Under the pieces are notes generated by a model. That model made no database searches. It was given only the letters and a program-made list of their open reading frames with translations, and was not told where the DNA came from. Below, piece by piece: positions 1 to 14,160 of a stretch of 64,000 nucleotides of DNA. The stretch's first letter is position 1. Every line of letters begins with the position of its first letter. This stretch comes from Lingula anatina (taxonomy: Eukaryota > Animalia > Brachiopoda): positions 10,416,001 through 10,480,000 of the forward strand of contig CM120646.1 of the NCBI GenBank assembly GCA_051362555.1, written 5' to 3'. Both the position numbers and the translations under genes were made by a program.

Positions 1-719
1 CACTGTACTATATACATATCAGGCTAACAGAAACATATCCTTTTAGTTCCTGATGGCATGCTCACAACATTTCAAGACTTGGTATATTATGGCATCATGC
101 ATTATTAAATAATACATATCATGAATGTTAAAGCTGTCAAGATATTTCCAAGATCTTTAAGAGAAAATTAATTCTTTGGTCATGTGAGGTACAAACATCA
201 TTTAAATTATTCTCTGAAGAGGTCCGTGCTGTCCATAAACACTTGGGGACTTTGTATCTGTCATGTATTGAACAACAAAATCAACTTTGTATAGATGTAT
301 TTGTATATATACATTAAAACATTGTGTAGGGATTTTCCTTTTTTCCTGGTATATTAATAGTAATTTTGTAATCATTATTAATTTTTATTCAGGCAGTGGA
401 GCACCTGTTGGAATATGGATTGGACAAAACACCAAAGATCTGCCAGCCAGACTTTTTAGTTCTTAGGCTAAATATAGCCATTCTGATTTTAAGAAATATT
501 GCTATGAATATGGAATTTAATTTTGTTCAAATAGTAATAATGAGACTTCAGATATTTTGATTTACAAGAAAGAGTTGGACGTTACTTTTAAAATACCAAA
601 ATTGTAATTCTAAGAAAGACGTAATGTGTATTATTATTTATTTTTAAGACATGCATTAATATTTAAATTTATGGATTAAGTTGGCAAATTCATTAAATTG
701 TTTAAAAGTTTACTGTTTG

Positions 720-912
720 ACCTTGAATAAAGGTCGAATGTCAAATCCAAGGGCATATTTGGAATCTCCACATATGACTTTTGGTCAGTCTTGTATAGTA
801 ATTTTTCCTGTAATTCCTTCGGTTTGGGAGATATTTAGCATTGAATGATCAAATATTTTGACAAGGGTGCGTTTCAAGGAGCGTCACATCCAGGCCAATG
901 TACCGACTGAGA

Positions 913-960
<48 letters not shown>

Positions 961-1135
961 GGGGTTCAAGTTGAGATTATATATGTGACCTAAATCCAAG
1001 AGATGGGGGCACAGGCCCTTGTGGTCTAGGAGGAGAAGCGGTCACGGTGACTTAATTGTATCCCAGGCTGGGAGCTGGCAGAGCTGTACGAGACTGGTCA
1101 GGACTAAAACCATGAGTACTGCCAGCGTACACGCT
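720..1135 (-). repeat. Interspersed repeat copy, inverted homolog of ~24900-25290
   Basis: 864-1131 is the reverse complement of ~24908-25140 (e.g. gtgacctaaatccaagagatgggg vs ccccatctcttggatttaggtcac). A short third piece lies at ~21550-21587. Boundaries approximate. Confidence 0.7.
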
Positions 1136-1337
1136 GATGGTACTAATAATTTAGAGTGTTTCCCCCATCTCTTAAGAGATTATGAGAGGTTAATCACCTG
1201 TGAAGACTGAATGTCACATATGGTTCAAGGGCAAGCACAGATTCTAGAATAATTGCAAGAACCACCATTTTGGTGGTAAAATAGAATGTATTATATTTAT
1301 CTGAGTTGTTTACAATGTATTCAATGTGAAATATTAA

Positions 1338-1380
<43 letters not shown>

Positions 1381-2982
1381 CTATATATTTATATGTAAAT
1401 AAGTATGTATGTGTAATATATCCCATGATGGAGATTTATTTAAACTTCCTTTATAAACTATATCTTTTTCCTTCTTCCTTTTTCTTCAAACTACTTTTTC
1501 TGTGGGTGACATGGTTATGCTAAAAGTATTATAAGACTTATGTGAATAAATATATTTTTGGTGTTTTTGGTACTACACTTTTTTAGTTTTTGCTATTATT
1601 TGGTAACCAACGACATTGCTTAAAAGCGGACATGCATGTGCAAAACTCCCGACCCAATGTTTCAAAGGTTTAAGGGATCTAGGATATTAACGAAAAACTC
1701 CAAAACTAATGCAGCTAATGAAATTTCCTATTAACTTAAAGATAAGGTCTAGCAAGCAAAACAATTTTTCAAAGTTTGTAGTCACAGTGTAACACTAGTG
1801 ACGTAATATCAGCGTTTTGAGGCTAAAATTGTCTTTTTTTTAATCAAGAATTTCTCTTAAACAAAAAGCCCTATTCATACGATTGAAATAGCTATCTAAA
1901 AGTTAGCACAAACTCCAGTGATCTCTGTCAGGATTTTCTCTTTTTATTTTTGCTTTTGATTTTATTTTGATAAAACGTGAATTTTACGAAATATATATGG
2001 ACCTTCCAATTTCAGTATTAATAACTTCAAAAATAAAAGGTCAATCCAAAAACCAAGACTCAGTCGACTAGATATTATACTGAAACAGAGACACATCAAA
2101 TTTCATGTCAATCTGACAGTTACAGAATGAGATATGGGTATTGAAGTTTAGACTATGTTATCAATCTTCAAAGCTGAGAAATCGCTCCTAAACCATTTTG
2201 CTCAGGTAATTGGGCTATTTAAGCAAAATAATTGCACCTCCACCTTACCTGTTATCATCTTGTTGATCGGGAAGGTCTATACACCATTACGTGTTAAAAT
2301 TGGGTTGTTTGTTTCTATCTAGATGCCAGAAAATCTTACTTTTGTACGCAAACTTATTCGTACCACGAAAGCCGCTCTTCCCTGAGAAATGATTGACAGC
2401 TGAGTAGGTCTACCTTCTCTCGTTTCACTGACGTAATTAATCATAATTGTGCCTGACGCAGTAGGAGTCTGTGCACTGTCTAGGAAGTGTCTAAGGAAGC
2501 GCTTACAAACAAAAAGAGGATTACTTGGTGTGCCAGCAGAGGACATTTGCCACCCGTCGTGCGTGGACGCCGCTCTACACACCAAGACGCGAAAATTGAG
2601 AAAGCAAAGCAAGATTTACTCCGAGAAATGGCCGAATGTGGGTACGCATATGCCATGATGCCACAGAGTGCCAAGACCGTAATATGCGAATTTGAAAATG
2701 TTTTGGGTGGCAATATTACTTAAAAACTTGCTTGCTATTACAATCTTTATTGTGCATAAAATGATTGCCTAACGATTTTTTTCTGACAACCCCAGACGTT
2801 GTGCGAATACTCAGCAGTTCAAGTGTGATCTCGAGTCTTTACCTACACGTGATTTAGACGCTATAGGAGAAAATTTAATATATCGTACACTCTCTTTCAA
2901 AATTCTCTTGCTTTCCTCGCTCATCCGTTTTCTCACGACTTTCTTTCTTCCCATGACTGTGTATATAACTGTGTTCTGCTTA

Positions 2983-5386
2983 AGGCTGGGTCACACTGCG
3001 CTTGCAACCTTTTGGCAACCTCTTTGCAACCTCAGTCGCAAGGAGGTTGCCATAGGTTTTAAAGTGGTCGCATTAGGTTGCAAACAGGTCGCCTGCGATC
3101 GTTGACACACGAAGGCCATTTTTTTGGCACCGACAACCAGTGCGACTGATAATGAAAACGATTGGTAACTGAGAGGTTGCCTATAGGTCTCCTCTTGGTT
3201 GCCAGTAGGTCGCTGTAACCAGACTAAAACCAGTCGCATACCACCTGTAACTGCACGGTCGATTGACGGTCTTTAGTCGCTTAGTTGCAAACAGGTTACT
3301 AACCGGTTGCAAGCGGTGGGCAGCAGGTCGCAAGGAGGTTGCAGTTGAAACTTCATGGTCGATTAACGGTCTTTAGTCGCTTGGTCTCTAACAGGTTTCT
3401 TACAGCTCGCATGCACTCGAAAACATGTCGCGAGAAGGTCGCAAGCAACCGTGATAAAATAAGCGTAGGATGGTGGCCACTAAATATATAAATATATTTT
3501 TCATTTATATCATGCCATTAAGGCTTTCTAAATACCTTGACAAAAATCGTTATTTCTCAATTAAAACGTAGATTGTATTTGTTGTCATCCTTTTAAATTT
3601 ATTTAGAAGGTTTTCATAAGTATTTTTTTTCAATAAAATAAATAAATGTATGAGTCCCTATCAGCCACCATACTTGACTAAAAGTGTTGTAAATAGAAGC
3701 CGCTGAGCCCGTGTCTTCAGTCCCCAGTATGTCATCCAACAGCGTGGGAAGGGTGGCCAGAATGTATTTTGAGAAAGCAAATGCCCGTGAAGAAAGTTCT
3801 TCACAAAGTTCCAACACAGACTCTGCTTCCCACGAAGAGGATCAACCGAAAGATGATGAACGCGGAGGAGACAGGGAGCCTAAATTTACTATTAAAGAGG
3901 AAGAAGAATTAGTTGATTTTTTTAAAGGTTTTTCTATAACCAACAATTGAAAGACTTTAAAAACAAATCAAATAAAGTGCCAAAACAATCAATAATGATT
4001 ATCACAATGTAAACGATAAACTGTTATCTTTTTATCCATTCCTATATCATGGCTAATTTTTGACAACTATTGTTGTCAAATCTACTGGAAACATTTTTAA
4101 TGACTAAAGCAGCCGGAAATATCTTACTTTTTAATTTGCCAAGTCATAATTTGCCAAGTCACAATGGAAGAAAAATTAAGCAAATAGGCGGGCGCAGAGA
4201 AAAAAGTAAATAGCAAAGTTTGATTCATACTTTTTACAATAAATTTAATTGTCAGGCATTTTTATAACAGTAAAACAGTGTCACCAATATAAAGAAGGTC
4301 AAATAAATACAAATTAACTTCCTCCCAGTACTTAGAATTCGTACCACAAGGACGGAAACAAATTGATGACGCGCAGGATCCTTCACTATTTAAAGATGTT
4401 GTATTGTAAGTGTAACGCTTGGGGCTACAAAGACAAAGGGAAAGCCACACAATCGGTCGCAAATCAGTTGCTAAGCAGTCGGCGACCTTTTAGCAACCGG
4501 TTGGATACCACAAATAGGCTTTTCGGTCGCCAGGAGGTTTTCGGTGCTGCACCGAAAACCGGCGCGACCGGATAGTAACCCAGCGTTCATTTGGAGACCA
4601 CTTTGCGAGTTGTTGCAACTTGTCGCCCACCTTTCTGCAACCGGTGACAGTTGCAAGTCGCAAGGAGGTTTTATGTTCAGTGTGACCGTAACTGCACAGG
4701 CCTTACGACCTCAAAGATACCAAGTATTGAAAAAAAAAACTATGCATGCCTATTATTACATTAATAAGGCTGAAAAAACATCCAAATATGTGTTTTATTA
4801 CACCACTGGTTTGATATAAATGCCAATATATAGTACAAATATATTTCTTATTTATTATTGTAAGTTTGACAATATTGGTAGTACAGAAATCGACTGTGAC
4901 GTTATAACAGAATCTCATAGCAGAATCATACTTTAATATTCAAAATATTAAATCATTTGAAGCTGCTACGGAACGGATCCAATCGTTGTATAATAATGTT
5001 TAAAATATTCCCTCTGTTGTCATCCGAGAGGGAAATTTACGAGAAGGTAGCTATCGTCACAACTTATAAAATATATATAGTCTGTGCAACCTTGCTGCTA
5101 CCAGTTGGCAAGCGATCGCTACAGTCCTGCAACCGGTTTTCAGTCTCCAAGTGGTTGCTGACAGGTTGTTTATCGCTCGCCTAACGGTGTGCGACTGGTA
5201 ACCTCTGACTTGAAGATTGTCTGTAAGAGGTTGCAGATACCATACTGTAACCTTGTTGCAACCGGTTAGCAACTGCTTGCCGATCAAAATATGCAAATTA
5301 GGTCGCAAAGTGATCGCAAGCGACCACCAGATTTTGTGGTTGCAAAGAGGTTGCCAAAAGGTTGCAAGCGCAGTGTGACCCAGCCT
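2983..5386. mobile_element. PIF/Harbinger deletion derivative
   Basis: ~49-bp TIR aggctgggtcacactgcgcttgcaaccttttggcaacctctttgcaacc. TTA TSD at 2980-2982 and 5387-5389. Dense subterminal gcaacc/ggtcgc motifs. Confidence 0.88.
3711..3975 (+). pseudogene. Relic of Harbinger Myb/SANT-like (MADF) DNA-binding ORF
   Basis: Reads FTIKEEEELVDFFK, then after a frameshift FYNQQLKDFKNKSNK, resembling the start of a MADF domain. Lies inside the Harbinger element. Confidence 0.55.
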
Positions 5387-5965
5387 TTAGCTGACGTAAG
5401 ACTTATGAGCTGCCAGGGCACGCGTAACAGCTTAAGAAGTTAGACAATCATTCTTGCACCGCCCCCCATAGTAACGGTGCTTGACAACGGAGGCGGAGCC
5501 TAAAGCCTGCCACCCGTACCAGTCAGGACAGGTAGAAAAACTCGTCCAAATGTATATTTTTAGTCCGTGTTTCACAAATATAACTTAATTGAGTATTAGA
5601 TACAAAATTGATTATTTCTAACGTATAAAAAACTAAAAATCGAGTTTTAGACGTATTTTTAATATCCTAGACCCCTTAAGCTCGGTGGATTACATATGTG
5701 CGGCTTAGTAAAACAGCGCGCAGTGAACAAATTATTCACTTCTACAATCCAAGTTACAGGATTCCTAACAAGAAAAAAAAACACCAAAACAAAATTGAAT
5801 TAACAAAAGAAGGAGAGTTTAAACAAAAGAAAAATATCCATCTACAACAAATATTTTTCATATCGAATCCCTGATTTTGATTAAACATTCATTTTATAAG
5901 TCCTAAGAGATTGCTAGGTATCTAGTACGAAAATTCAACATGCAGGTAACTTTACACATTGATAA

Positions 5966-6520
5966 TACCCCCGTCACACTAGAGGCGGAATGAGCAAGAA
6001 TGCCGTCGGAAAGACAATTCTTTGTGCGTTCCTGGATATTCGAAGAGCATTCTCAGGCCTACCCAACTACCAGACTCGGCACATAAGGATACTGAATTAA
6101 CCGGTATATCGGACCACACTACCCGTTTTCAAAGTGTGTGTCAGATCGCATTTCGGAGTATCAATCAGAGCACCGACAGGATGAGCCCGCGGTCGTCCTA
6201 CAAAACGGGTAGTGTGGTCCGATATACCGGTTAATTCAGGATCCTTATGTGCCGAAGTGTATTCTAAATATTCTGACTGCATTCTGACAGCATTGTTGAT
6301 ATTCCTAGTTTTCCAACTACATTCGAGCAGCAATACAGCCGAAATGTGCACGAATCATTCCAGGCGGATTCAAGCGCATTCTGAGTATCCCAACGGCATT
6401 CTTACAAGAATTTAGGCCAATTTGAAATTTCTTCCCGAATGTAGTACGAATTTTTAAATTTAGTCATTCCGGCTGGTTCTGCTTGATTCCTGCTGATTCC
6501 GAATAAGTGTGACGGGGGCT
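5966..6520. mobile_element. Harbinger-type MITE inserted in Gypsy pol
   Basis: TIR cccccgtcacact / agtgtgacggggg; TAA TSD at 5963-5965 and 6521-6523; internal ~55-bp inverted repeat (6076-6130 vs 6201-6255). Removing it restores the pol frame (HIDK|SVSP). Confidence 0.85.
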
Positions 6521-7321
6521 TAAGTCAGTATCACCTGTTGCTCGAAAACATTCAAGAATACCTTTTCATCTCAGAAGCAAATTTGATGAAGAACTGAAAC
6601 GTTTAGAAAACGAGGACATTATTGAACGTGTAACTGGACCGACAGAATGGATGTCAAGAGTGGTCATTGTTCCAAAACCGAGTAACCATGAGGAGATTAG
6701 AATGTGCATAGACATGAGAGAACCTAACAAAGCAACTTTTACGTACGTGGCACGTTACGCCTAAGATTGAAGAACTCATTGCAGATCTAAAGGGTATGAC
6801 AGTATATTCCCATATAGATCTAGCCCGTGGTTATCATCAGCTCGAATTACACCCGGACAGTTGATATATCACATCATTTTCCACGCACGATATGGCATAT
6901 TCAGGTACAAAAGACAGCTTTGGTATTAACTCAACTTCGGAAATTGTTCAATACACCATCCAATCTGCGTTACAGGGTGTTTCAGGAGCTAAAAATATCA
7001 GTGATGACATCATTGTACACGGAAAAACGCAAGAAGAACACGACAACGCACTACATGCGACGTTACGACGAGTGAGTGAGAAAGGATTAACTGTAAACGC
7101 TAAAAAGTCAAGTTTAATTGCAGAGAAATTTCGTTCTATGGACATGTATTTTCCGCTGAAAGACCAGTGATTTCACTTTACCCAGGTAAAGTGAAATCAC
7201 AGGTCGAAATGGAAAAAACCAACAAATGTGTCTGAACTTTGTTCATTGTTAGGCATGGCGCAATATTCGTTGAGATTTATAAACAATTTTGCAACTATTA
7301 CGGAGTCACTGAGACGACTTA

Positions 7322-8160
7322 GGGGAGACCGGGGCTAGTTGGACCCCGGGGTAAGTTGGCCCCCCGTCAATTTATGAAAAAGTAACTACGAGGTAAAAAA
7401 AATAATTGGCCACGGTACTCTTGTAAAGTGACCGTAGCCTACAATGCTAAAGAAGTGTCGGACGTCAAAAAGTTTTACTAAAGCGGCGAGTCGAAATAAA
7501 CGATTTTTGCTCCTAAAAGTAATTTAAAAATCTATTTTCATAGGCTTTTGATCGAATATAATATATGTATAGGGCATCAAACTGAAGCTCATTGATTCAA
7601 GTTTCACAGAGATGTATCATAGTTGCTCATTCTAGCACCATAAATGGCTACCATCCTTCAAAATAAAAAATGTGCATCCGGGGCTAGTTGCCCCCCTTGA
7701 CTCGGGGCAAGTTGGACTCTCATATTACCCACAAACCTTTGCGCGCAACAGAGCTAGAGACCATTGTTTAAACAAACTCAATGGTTTAAAAAATTTACTA
7801 TTCGTTTTCATTCATTAAAAATCTGCTTTATACCATTATTAATTTATTCTTAATTAAAACAAAAATTATATTTATAGATATTTTGGTTCTTGCAACACAT
7901 ACAACGTACGGAAACCCCAATAAATCTGCCTCATTTGAACTACTTATTCATCAAAAACTCTCAAAAATTAATTTAATAAATTAGAAATGTATAAAAATGT
8001 ATTTCAAGGCGTTTACATGGGATACTTACTTCATTTTCGTAAAGGGTGCCAACATGCCTCGACCCTGCCACGAGGCAAGTTGTCACCACTAACGTCTACT
8101 GCGTTTTTTGTCAAATTGTGAGCCATCTGGGATTATATATGAAAAATAATGAGGTTGCAT
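7322..8160. mobile_element. One-ended DNA transposon fragment interrupting Gypsy pol
   Basis: Starts TA|ggggagaccggggctagttgg with repeated ggggc(t/a)agttg motifs (7330, 7350, 7680, 7704, 8073). Pol homology resumes near 8200. Right end not identified. Confidence 0.55.
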
Positions 8161-8453
8161 ACGTAGCTTAGTTCATGGGGCTTACTTTGAAACCGGGTTT
8201 GTTGCTCTAACTCATTCCTATGATGTGAAAAAACCGGTAGAAATCTATGTAGATGCCAGTCCAGTTGGCATTGCAGGTATTTTAACGCAAGACAAAAAAC
8301 CGATATGCTACGCAAGCCGTCAGTTGACTGATGTAGAAAAGCGATACTCTCAGACAGAAAGAGAGGCATTGGCTATTGTGTGGGCATGCGAACAGTTCAA
8401 TCTTTACGTAAATGGCTCACAATTTTCCGTAATTACTGATCACAAGCCTTTAA

Positions 8454-8835
8454 AGGTACATACGAACCGAGCATTGGTGGAGTGTGAATTCTGAGTAACA
8501 CATGTAAACCACTTCTACTAGATTCTTATATGACTCAAATAAATTCGACATGCCAAGGGATAAACTGAATAGATCACTCGGTCAGCCATAAAAGACCTTT
8601 AGACTGCTCCTTTCTTTAAATTTATGGTTGTAAATTTAACCTACTTCCGTGACCTACTTTCCTGCCCCATTGACATACAGTACAGCTTAGAATGCCAGCA
8701 GAAAAATCTGTTCAAACATCATTTTCGGGTAAAATTAAACAATGCCTTTTGGTAATTCTCTTAGTTATACTACTTGAAACTATATGCTGGCATTTGGTTG
8801 GTTTTTGTGACAAAAAATTGACTTTGTATGCATCT
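8454..8835. mobile_element. TTAA-flanked MITE (Kolobok-like) in the Gypsy RNase H region
   Basis: TTAA at 8450-8453 and 8836-8839; imperfect TIR aggtacatac / gtatgcatct. Removal gives in-frame HKPLNIWKKTDPPLRIKRWGLR. Confidence 0.75.
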
Positions 8836-10119
8836 TTAAACATATGGAAAAAGACAGACCCTCCACTGAGAATTAAACGATGGGGACTTCGATTACTCCC
8901 ATATTCGTTTGACATTATATACCGAAAAGGCAAAGAAAATCCCGCAGATTACATGTCACGACATCCAGACTTGACGAGAAAATTATCCTCCCGTGAGAAG
9001 AAGATTAATTACTGAGGAATACGTTAACTTCCACGTAGAAGCAGCGTCGACAGCCGCAATTACGATACAGGACATCGTAAAAGCAACTGAAAAAGACAAA
9101 ACTTTACAAGCCATCATTGAACTGTCACGAAATAATAAATGGCACGAAATCAAGAAAATATTCAGAAAATGATGACATTGACATTTCAGCATTGCAAACC
9201 TTCCGAAACGTGAAGGAACAAATAACCGTTAGCGACGAAGGTATTGTTCTGAAGGATAGTCAGATTGTCACTCCGACAGTGCTACAACGCTTCCCTCTAC
9301 CAGGGCGAGTGATAGATTTTTTACAGATATTCACAGATATGCCTCTAGCTAGATAGATGGTCATTTAGGGCTGTTTGTTGGGATGTCACGCGGATTCTGG
9401 CGTTCATTCGAGACCAAAATAACTTCTGGCGCGAAAAGCCTGATGTAATACGCAGACGTAAGTTGCAAGTTTTTGTACAGTGCGTTGGATAACGAAAAGC
9501 CCAGAATAGCACACATGGTAGATATAAATGCATTTTGAGCAATAAGACGAATATATCTTATGAATCTTATATTATTGTTATGTAGTGTTGTTGTTGTCTG
9601 CTTTTCCCGCGGTTTTAAGTAGGTCACCAGAAACTATCGCTCGATATCGCGTGACTATGCCATGTCAGAGTGGGCTCCGTCAGTTAAAATCTCTTAAGAG
9701 ATTTGAACAAAACACCAAACGTTTAGAAAAAAAACCCTGGACTAACTTTGAATGCAGAAATGCATGGGGTCGCTGAACATTGGTAAGTACGGGAAAATTG
9801 CCGTTTACTCCAGGAAAATCCAATTTTTGGCCAAAATGAAGAGTTATTATGACTTTAATTTTTTCTTTAAATTCAGAAATGCTCCACGACTACTACAAAA
9901 CAAACAATGGATTTATCAGTGTCTTTGAACAAGCGCGTTTCTTTTCATAATGTTTTAAGTTAGATAATCCTTTAAATAAGTACTCTGTTTAACTTACTTG
10001 AACTCTGTTTGAAGAGAAAGAGAACAGTGCATCTCATCGATTGGACATCGAGAAAAAAAAAGAACTTTGGCTTACTTAAGAAAGGAACTTTTATTCGGAA
10101 AGTACTCACCTACAATTTA

Positions 10120-11719
10120 CAGGGTTACTACTTAATATGGAATATTTTTATCATTGTTATTTTTTAGGGTTGATTAAAACAAATTTGGCTTGATTCATCA
10201 AAAGAGTATGTAATTGTGTGATAAAAATATCCAGTCTTCTATTGTGCGATATTTTGGTCAATAATATCAAATACGACATAAGATGTCATTCAAAAGAAAG
10301 GAACACCCACAGAAAACCATATCAACAGTTTGATGTCAGTATTTTAGTTAAAACTTTAAGATAAGATATTAAAGAAAATGATAGCCTCCCGACAGTAGCG
10401 GGTATGACCTCCAGCAGCCGCTTGCAGCGCCCTCATCCTACATGGCATACCCTGTGAAATGTTTTTTAGAGTTTGGATGGGGATATCATTCCACGCAGTG
10501 ATATTTGCCTGTCGCAGTTCATCACTATTTACCGGCCGTTGACCATAGCTATTAATTCTGTGAGTTACTTCCGCCCACAGATTTTCAATTGGGTTCATAT
10601 CTGGGGAGTTTGCAGGCCAGGACATTTGCCGAACCCATTGGTTTCGAAGAAAAACAGTGATTCTGCGAGCTCGATGTGGGGTTGCGCAGTCGTCTTGGTA
10701 CACAAAGTTGTTCCTGAAGATGACTCTTACAAATCGAAGCATTGTTTGCTTTAGAATGTCCCTGTAGGAACCCTGGTTGAGGTTGCCTCCTAGAAAAACC
10801 AACTGTTTCTGGGCACCGGCATGAAATGCTCCCCAAACAGAGACGTTAACACCCTGTGCTTGTACCTTAGGCAGTACACAATTATCGTTTTATGCCTCCC
10901 GTACACGTCGGCGGACACGGATTCGACCGCCAATCCTAAAAACTCCATACCTGGCCTCATCACTGAACACGACGTGATTCCAGTGTTTTGGCTGCAAAGG
11001 CACGTGGTCCCCAGCCCATTGCAGACGTCACTGTATATGACGTACTGTTAACAGTGGATTCCCTACTGGCCTTCGTGCAAAATAACCGGCTTGCAGTAAT
11101 CTCTTGTTCACGAGGGACCTTGAAACGGGCGTTTGAATGACATTCTGCCACTCTTTTCTGAAGACACTGGTTTCCCATTCTACGACCAGCACGGCGCACT
11201 CTAAGGAGAAGGCGATCCCGTCTTTTTTGTGTGATACGCAGACACCCTGGTCGAGGTATTGGAGTAGGTGCCCCTGTTGTAGCATTTCTTTGGAGGACTT
11301 TACTAACGGTTCCTGATAAATGTTGCATTGCCTGGCAATGGCTGTCCGTTTCTGGCCATTTTCTCTGAGAGCAAGAATCCCATAGTAAGCTGCGAACCAT
11401 ATCTTCTCTAAGGTACCTGTCAAGTTTCAGAACGATTTCTTTGTTGCTTCTCTCAATACACCCCAAAGATTGGCCAAACCCATGCGTTTTTATACAAGGG
11501 CAAAAAATGGCCGAAAAGACCACCCCTCACATTTCTGACCACAGAAAATGCAACTGCATGCATCAATTGTTTCGACAGTTGTGTGGTAATTAGGTAACAC
11601 ACCTGGCTACACATGGGGTGACACCTCAGTTTTGGATTTAAAGTAGTTAGATAGAAAATAAATCTTCTGTAGAAAATTTACTCGCCAAATATAATATTCC
11701 ATATTAAGTAGTAACCCTG
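10120..11719 (-). mobile_element. Full-length (1600 bp) Tc1-family transposon
   Basis: Perfect 27-bp TIR cagggttactacttaatatggaatatt; TA TSD at 10118-10119 and 11720-11721. Confidence 0.93.
10390..11400 (-). pseudogene. Frameshifted Tc1 DD34E transposase
   Basis: YQDDCATPHRAR, WPANSPDMNPIENLW and AAGGHTRY motifs. The N-terminal HTH region is split over several frames (ORFs 10960-11523, 11028-11423, 10356-10802). Confidence 0.9.
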
Positions 11720-12642
11720 TAATTGTCATAGTTTTATTTTTAGATATAAATGTTTGTTTTTTTAAAATTTTTTTATTATTATTTGGTTAAAAAAAGGAGG
11801 GATGTAGTATCCTCATAAATATTCATGTGTATCATGTGACCCCAACGCTTACTATAAATGTCCACGTGTAGTGAAATAAAGTCAGTGTAAGTAAGCCTCC
11901 AGTGCATTAGCGTTCTCATTCATATCAAGAATATCACACATCTGAAGACGCATATTGGTCAGGTAAAGGTTCCCCTGGCAAACGGAGAGATATTCCAGCA
12001 AAGTATGTAACACGAATTTTGATAGAATACATAATATTGTATTTATTGGGAAAATTTTGTGGAGCAAATCAGTCTCACTCTTGGCAGCAATGAAAAAGTT
12101 AATGATATACTACAGCTAATTTTAAACATCTTAATTACCCTATTTTTATTTTACCTGCTATCTATACTATTTGTTTGTGTGATTGTTAGTTAGTTAGTTA
12201 GTTAGTTAGTTTTTTATTGTTAACTTTAAACAAATTTGACTTTGATAAAAGTGTATATATTCAGACCTTGTAACAACATGAGGGTGCATTTTGTTATAAC
12301 ATTTTTCAGAAAAACTGCTGAACTTCATATGAAGTAGTGAAAAAAATGTGCATAGTTTTGATAAACAGTTGAGAGTTGACACTGAAGAATTAGATATATC
12401 ATACCAGGATATGCATCCTTTTGATGTGTTTTATTCCTACAAACGCAGTTCTAATTTTGTCAGTTGGAGTAATTGTAACATTTACCAAGCTGAAGTCTAC
12501 AGCACATCACTAGTAAATTAATGGTGCAGGGATGAAAGAAAATTAGCTGGCTTCATTTTGACATCTTGACAGTGGGCATATAACAAAGTGATACATGCCT
12601 GGCATTTAATAACATTTGCACATTTAACATTCTAATCATACA

Positions 12643-12693
<51 letters not shown>

Positions 12694-13009
12694 ATTCATT
12701 TATTTTTTGTAGGGGGGGAGTCTCCTTTGATCTGACATTTTAAAGTTACATAAGTATATGGATGCTCTCTCAGTCTGCAATAACATGTAAGTGCGGTGAC
12801 GGCTTTAATGAAGACAAATACAACAGGGGATTGGTGTAGATGTCAGGAATTGGGACGTGATAAACAAATATTTTTAGCTTTGTTCTGGAGTTGTTATCTC
12901 ATCAATATCATTTGACCTACGTTTGACTATTTATCTGACTCTCTTTATGACACTTTTATCTCTGCAAGGTGATAGCTGTTAAAGCATGTGACCTAATAAT
13001 GTAAGTCTA

Positions 13010-14044
13010 AAGCACCCCGCGCACGATGAGCAATTGGCGCGCGCCACTTGCGCTGCGCCGTTTTCTGTCACCGTTTGCGGGGGTATTTTGGTGATATTTT
13101 TGCCTCTCGCGCAGCGCAAAATATCTCACGTGTTTGATATTTTTGGCCTCTTGAGGCAAATGGCTCAGCGTGTGCGTAATATCGTCAGCAGATCGTTCGC
13201 GATCCAAGCGAGACGAGAAGGCAATTTTCATATTTGTAGCGGACTCTGTTCGCGTAATATCGTCAGTGGGAGATCGTTTGCGATTCGAGCGAGACGAAAA
13301 GGCAATTTTCATATCTTCGGCGAGAGATCGTTCGCGATGTAAGCAAGAATAAAAATGCAATTTTCATATTAGTCCAAGGACTCAGGAACTTCGTGGAAAA
13401 TCGTCAGCGGGAGATCATTATTTAACCCCCCCCCCCTTTGAATTTTTTAAAATAATGTATATTTTTTCATCTTATCTTTAACCCCCCCCCTCCCTCGCTC
13501 ATATCTTCAGCGGAGAATCGTTCGCGTAATATCGTCAGGACTTTGTTAGCGTAAGATCATCAGAGGGAGATCGTTCGCGATCCGAGCTAGACGGGAAGGC
13601 AATTTTCATGTCTTCATCGGGAGATCGTTCGCGATGTAAGCAATAATAAAATGCAATTTTCATATTAGTTCAAGGGACTTAGGAACTTCGTTCGCAGTAG
13701 ATCGTCAGCGGAAGTTCATTATTAATATTTTAACCCCCCCCCCCTTTGAAAATTTAAAATAATATATATTTTTACATTTTATCTTTACCTCCTCCACCCC
13801 GCTCACGGCATATCTTCAGCGGAGAATCGTGTAGTATCGTCAGGACTTTGTTCGCGTAAGATCATCAGAGTAGGGAGATCGTTCGCGATCCGAGCGAGAC
13901 GACTCGACTTTGAAACAGCAATTTTCTTGTCTTCATCGGGAGATCGTTGGCGATGTAAGGAAGAATAAAATGCAATATTCATATTTGTTCAAGGGACTTA
14001 GGAACTTAGTTCGCGGAAAATCGTCAGTGGGAGATCATTATTTT

Positions 14045-14082
<38 letters not shown>

Positions 14083-14160
14083 TTTTAAAAAAATATATAG
14101 GCCTATTTTCATTTTATTTTTAACCCCCCCCCCCCCTCACCCGCTCACGACGCTTGGAAG
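13010..14160. repeat. Probable non-autonomous element with ~300-bp internal tandem units and many gatcgttcgcg motifs
   Basis: Begins TAA|agcaccccgcgcacg (Harbinger-like). About 3 degenerate units with poly-C tracts. No matching right TIR found. Confidence 0.6.

Larger units (their letters stand above)
1674..5675. mobile_element. Non-autonomous DNA transposon with TTAA TSD (Kolobok-like), carrying a nested Harbinger
   Basis: TTAA at 1670-1673 and 5676-5679. 17-bp TIR gggatctaggatattaa / ttaatatcctagacccc (1 mismatch). RR..YY termini with TTAA fit Kolobok. Confidence 0.7.
5943..9290 (+). pseudogene. Degraded Ty3/Gypsy pol (RT, RNase H, pre-integrase region) interrupted by three insertions
   Basis: QVTLHIDKSVSPVARKHSRIPFHLR..EWMSRVVIVPK..IRMCIDMREPNKA; NISDDIIVHG (RT); YVDASPVG..RYSQTEREALAIVWACEQF..TDHKPL (RNase H); RWGLRLLPYSFDIIYRKGKENPADYMSR. 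Frameshifts and stops present. Confidence 0.92.
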
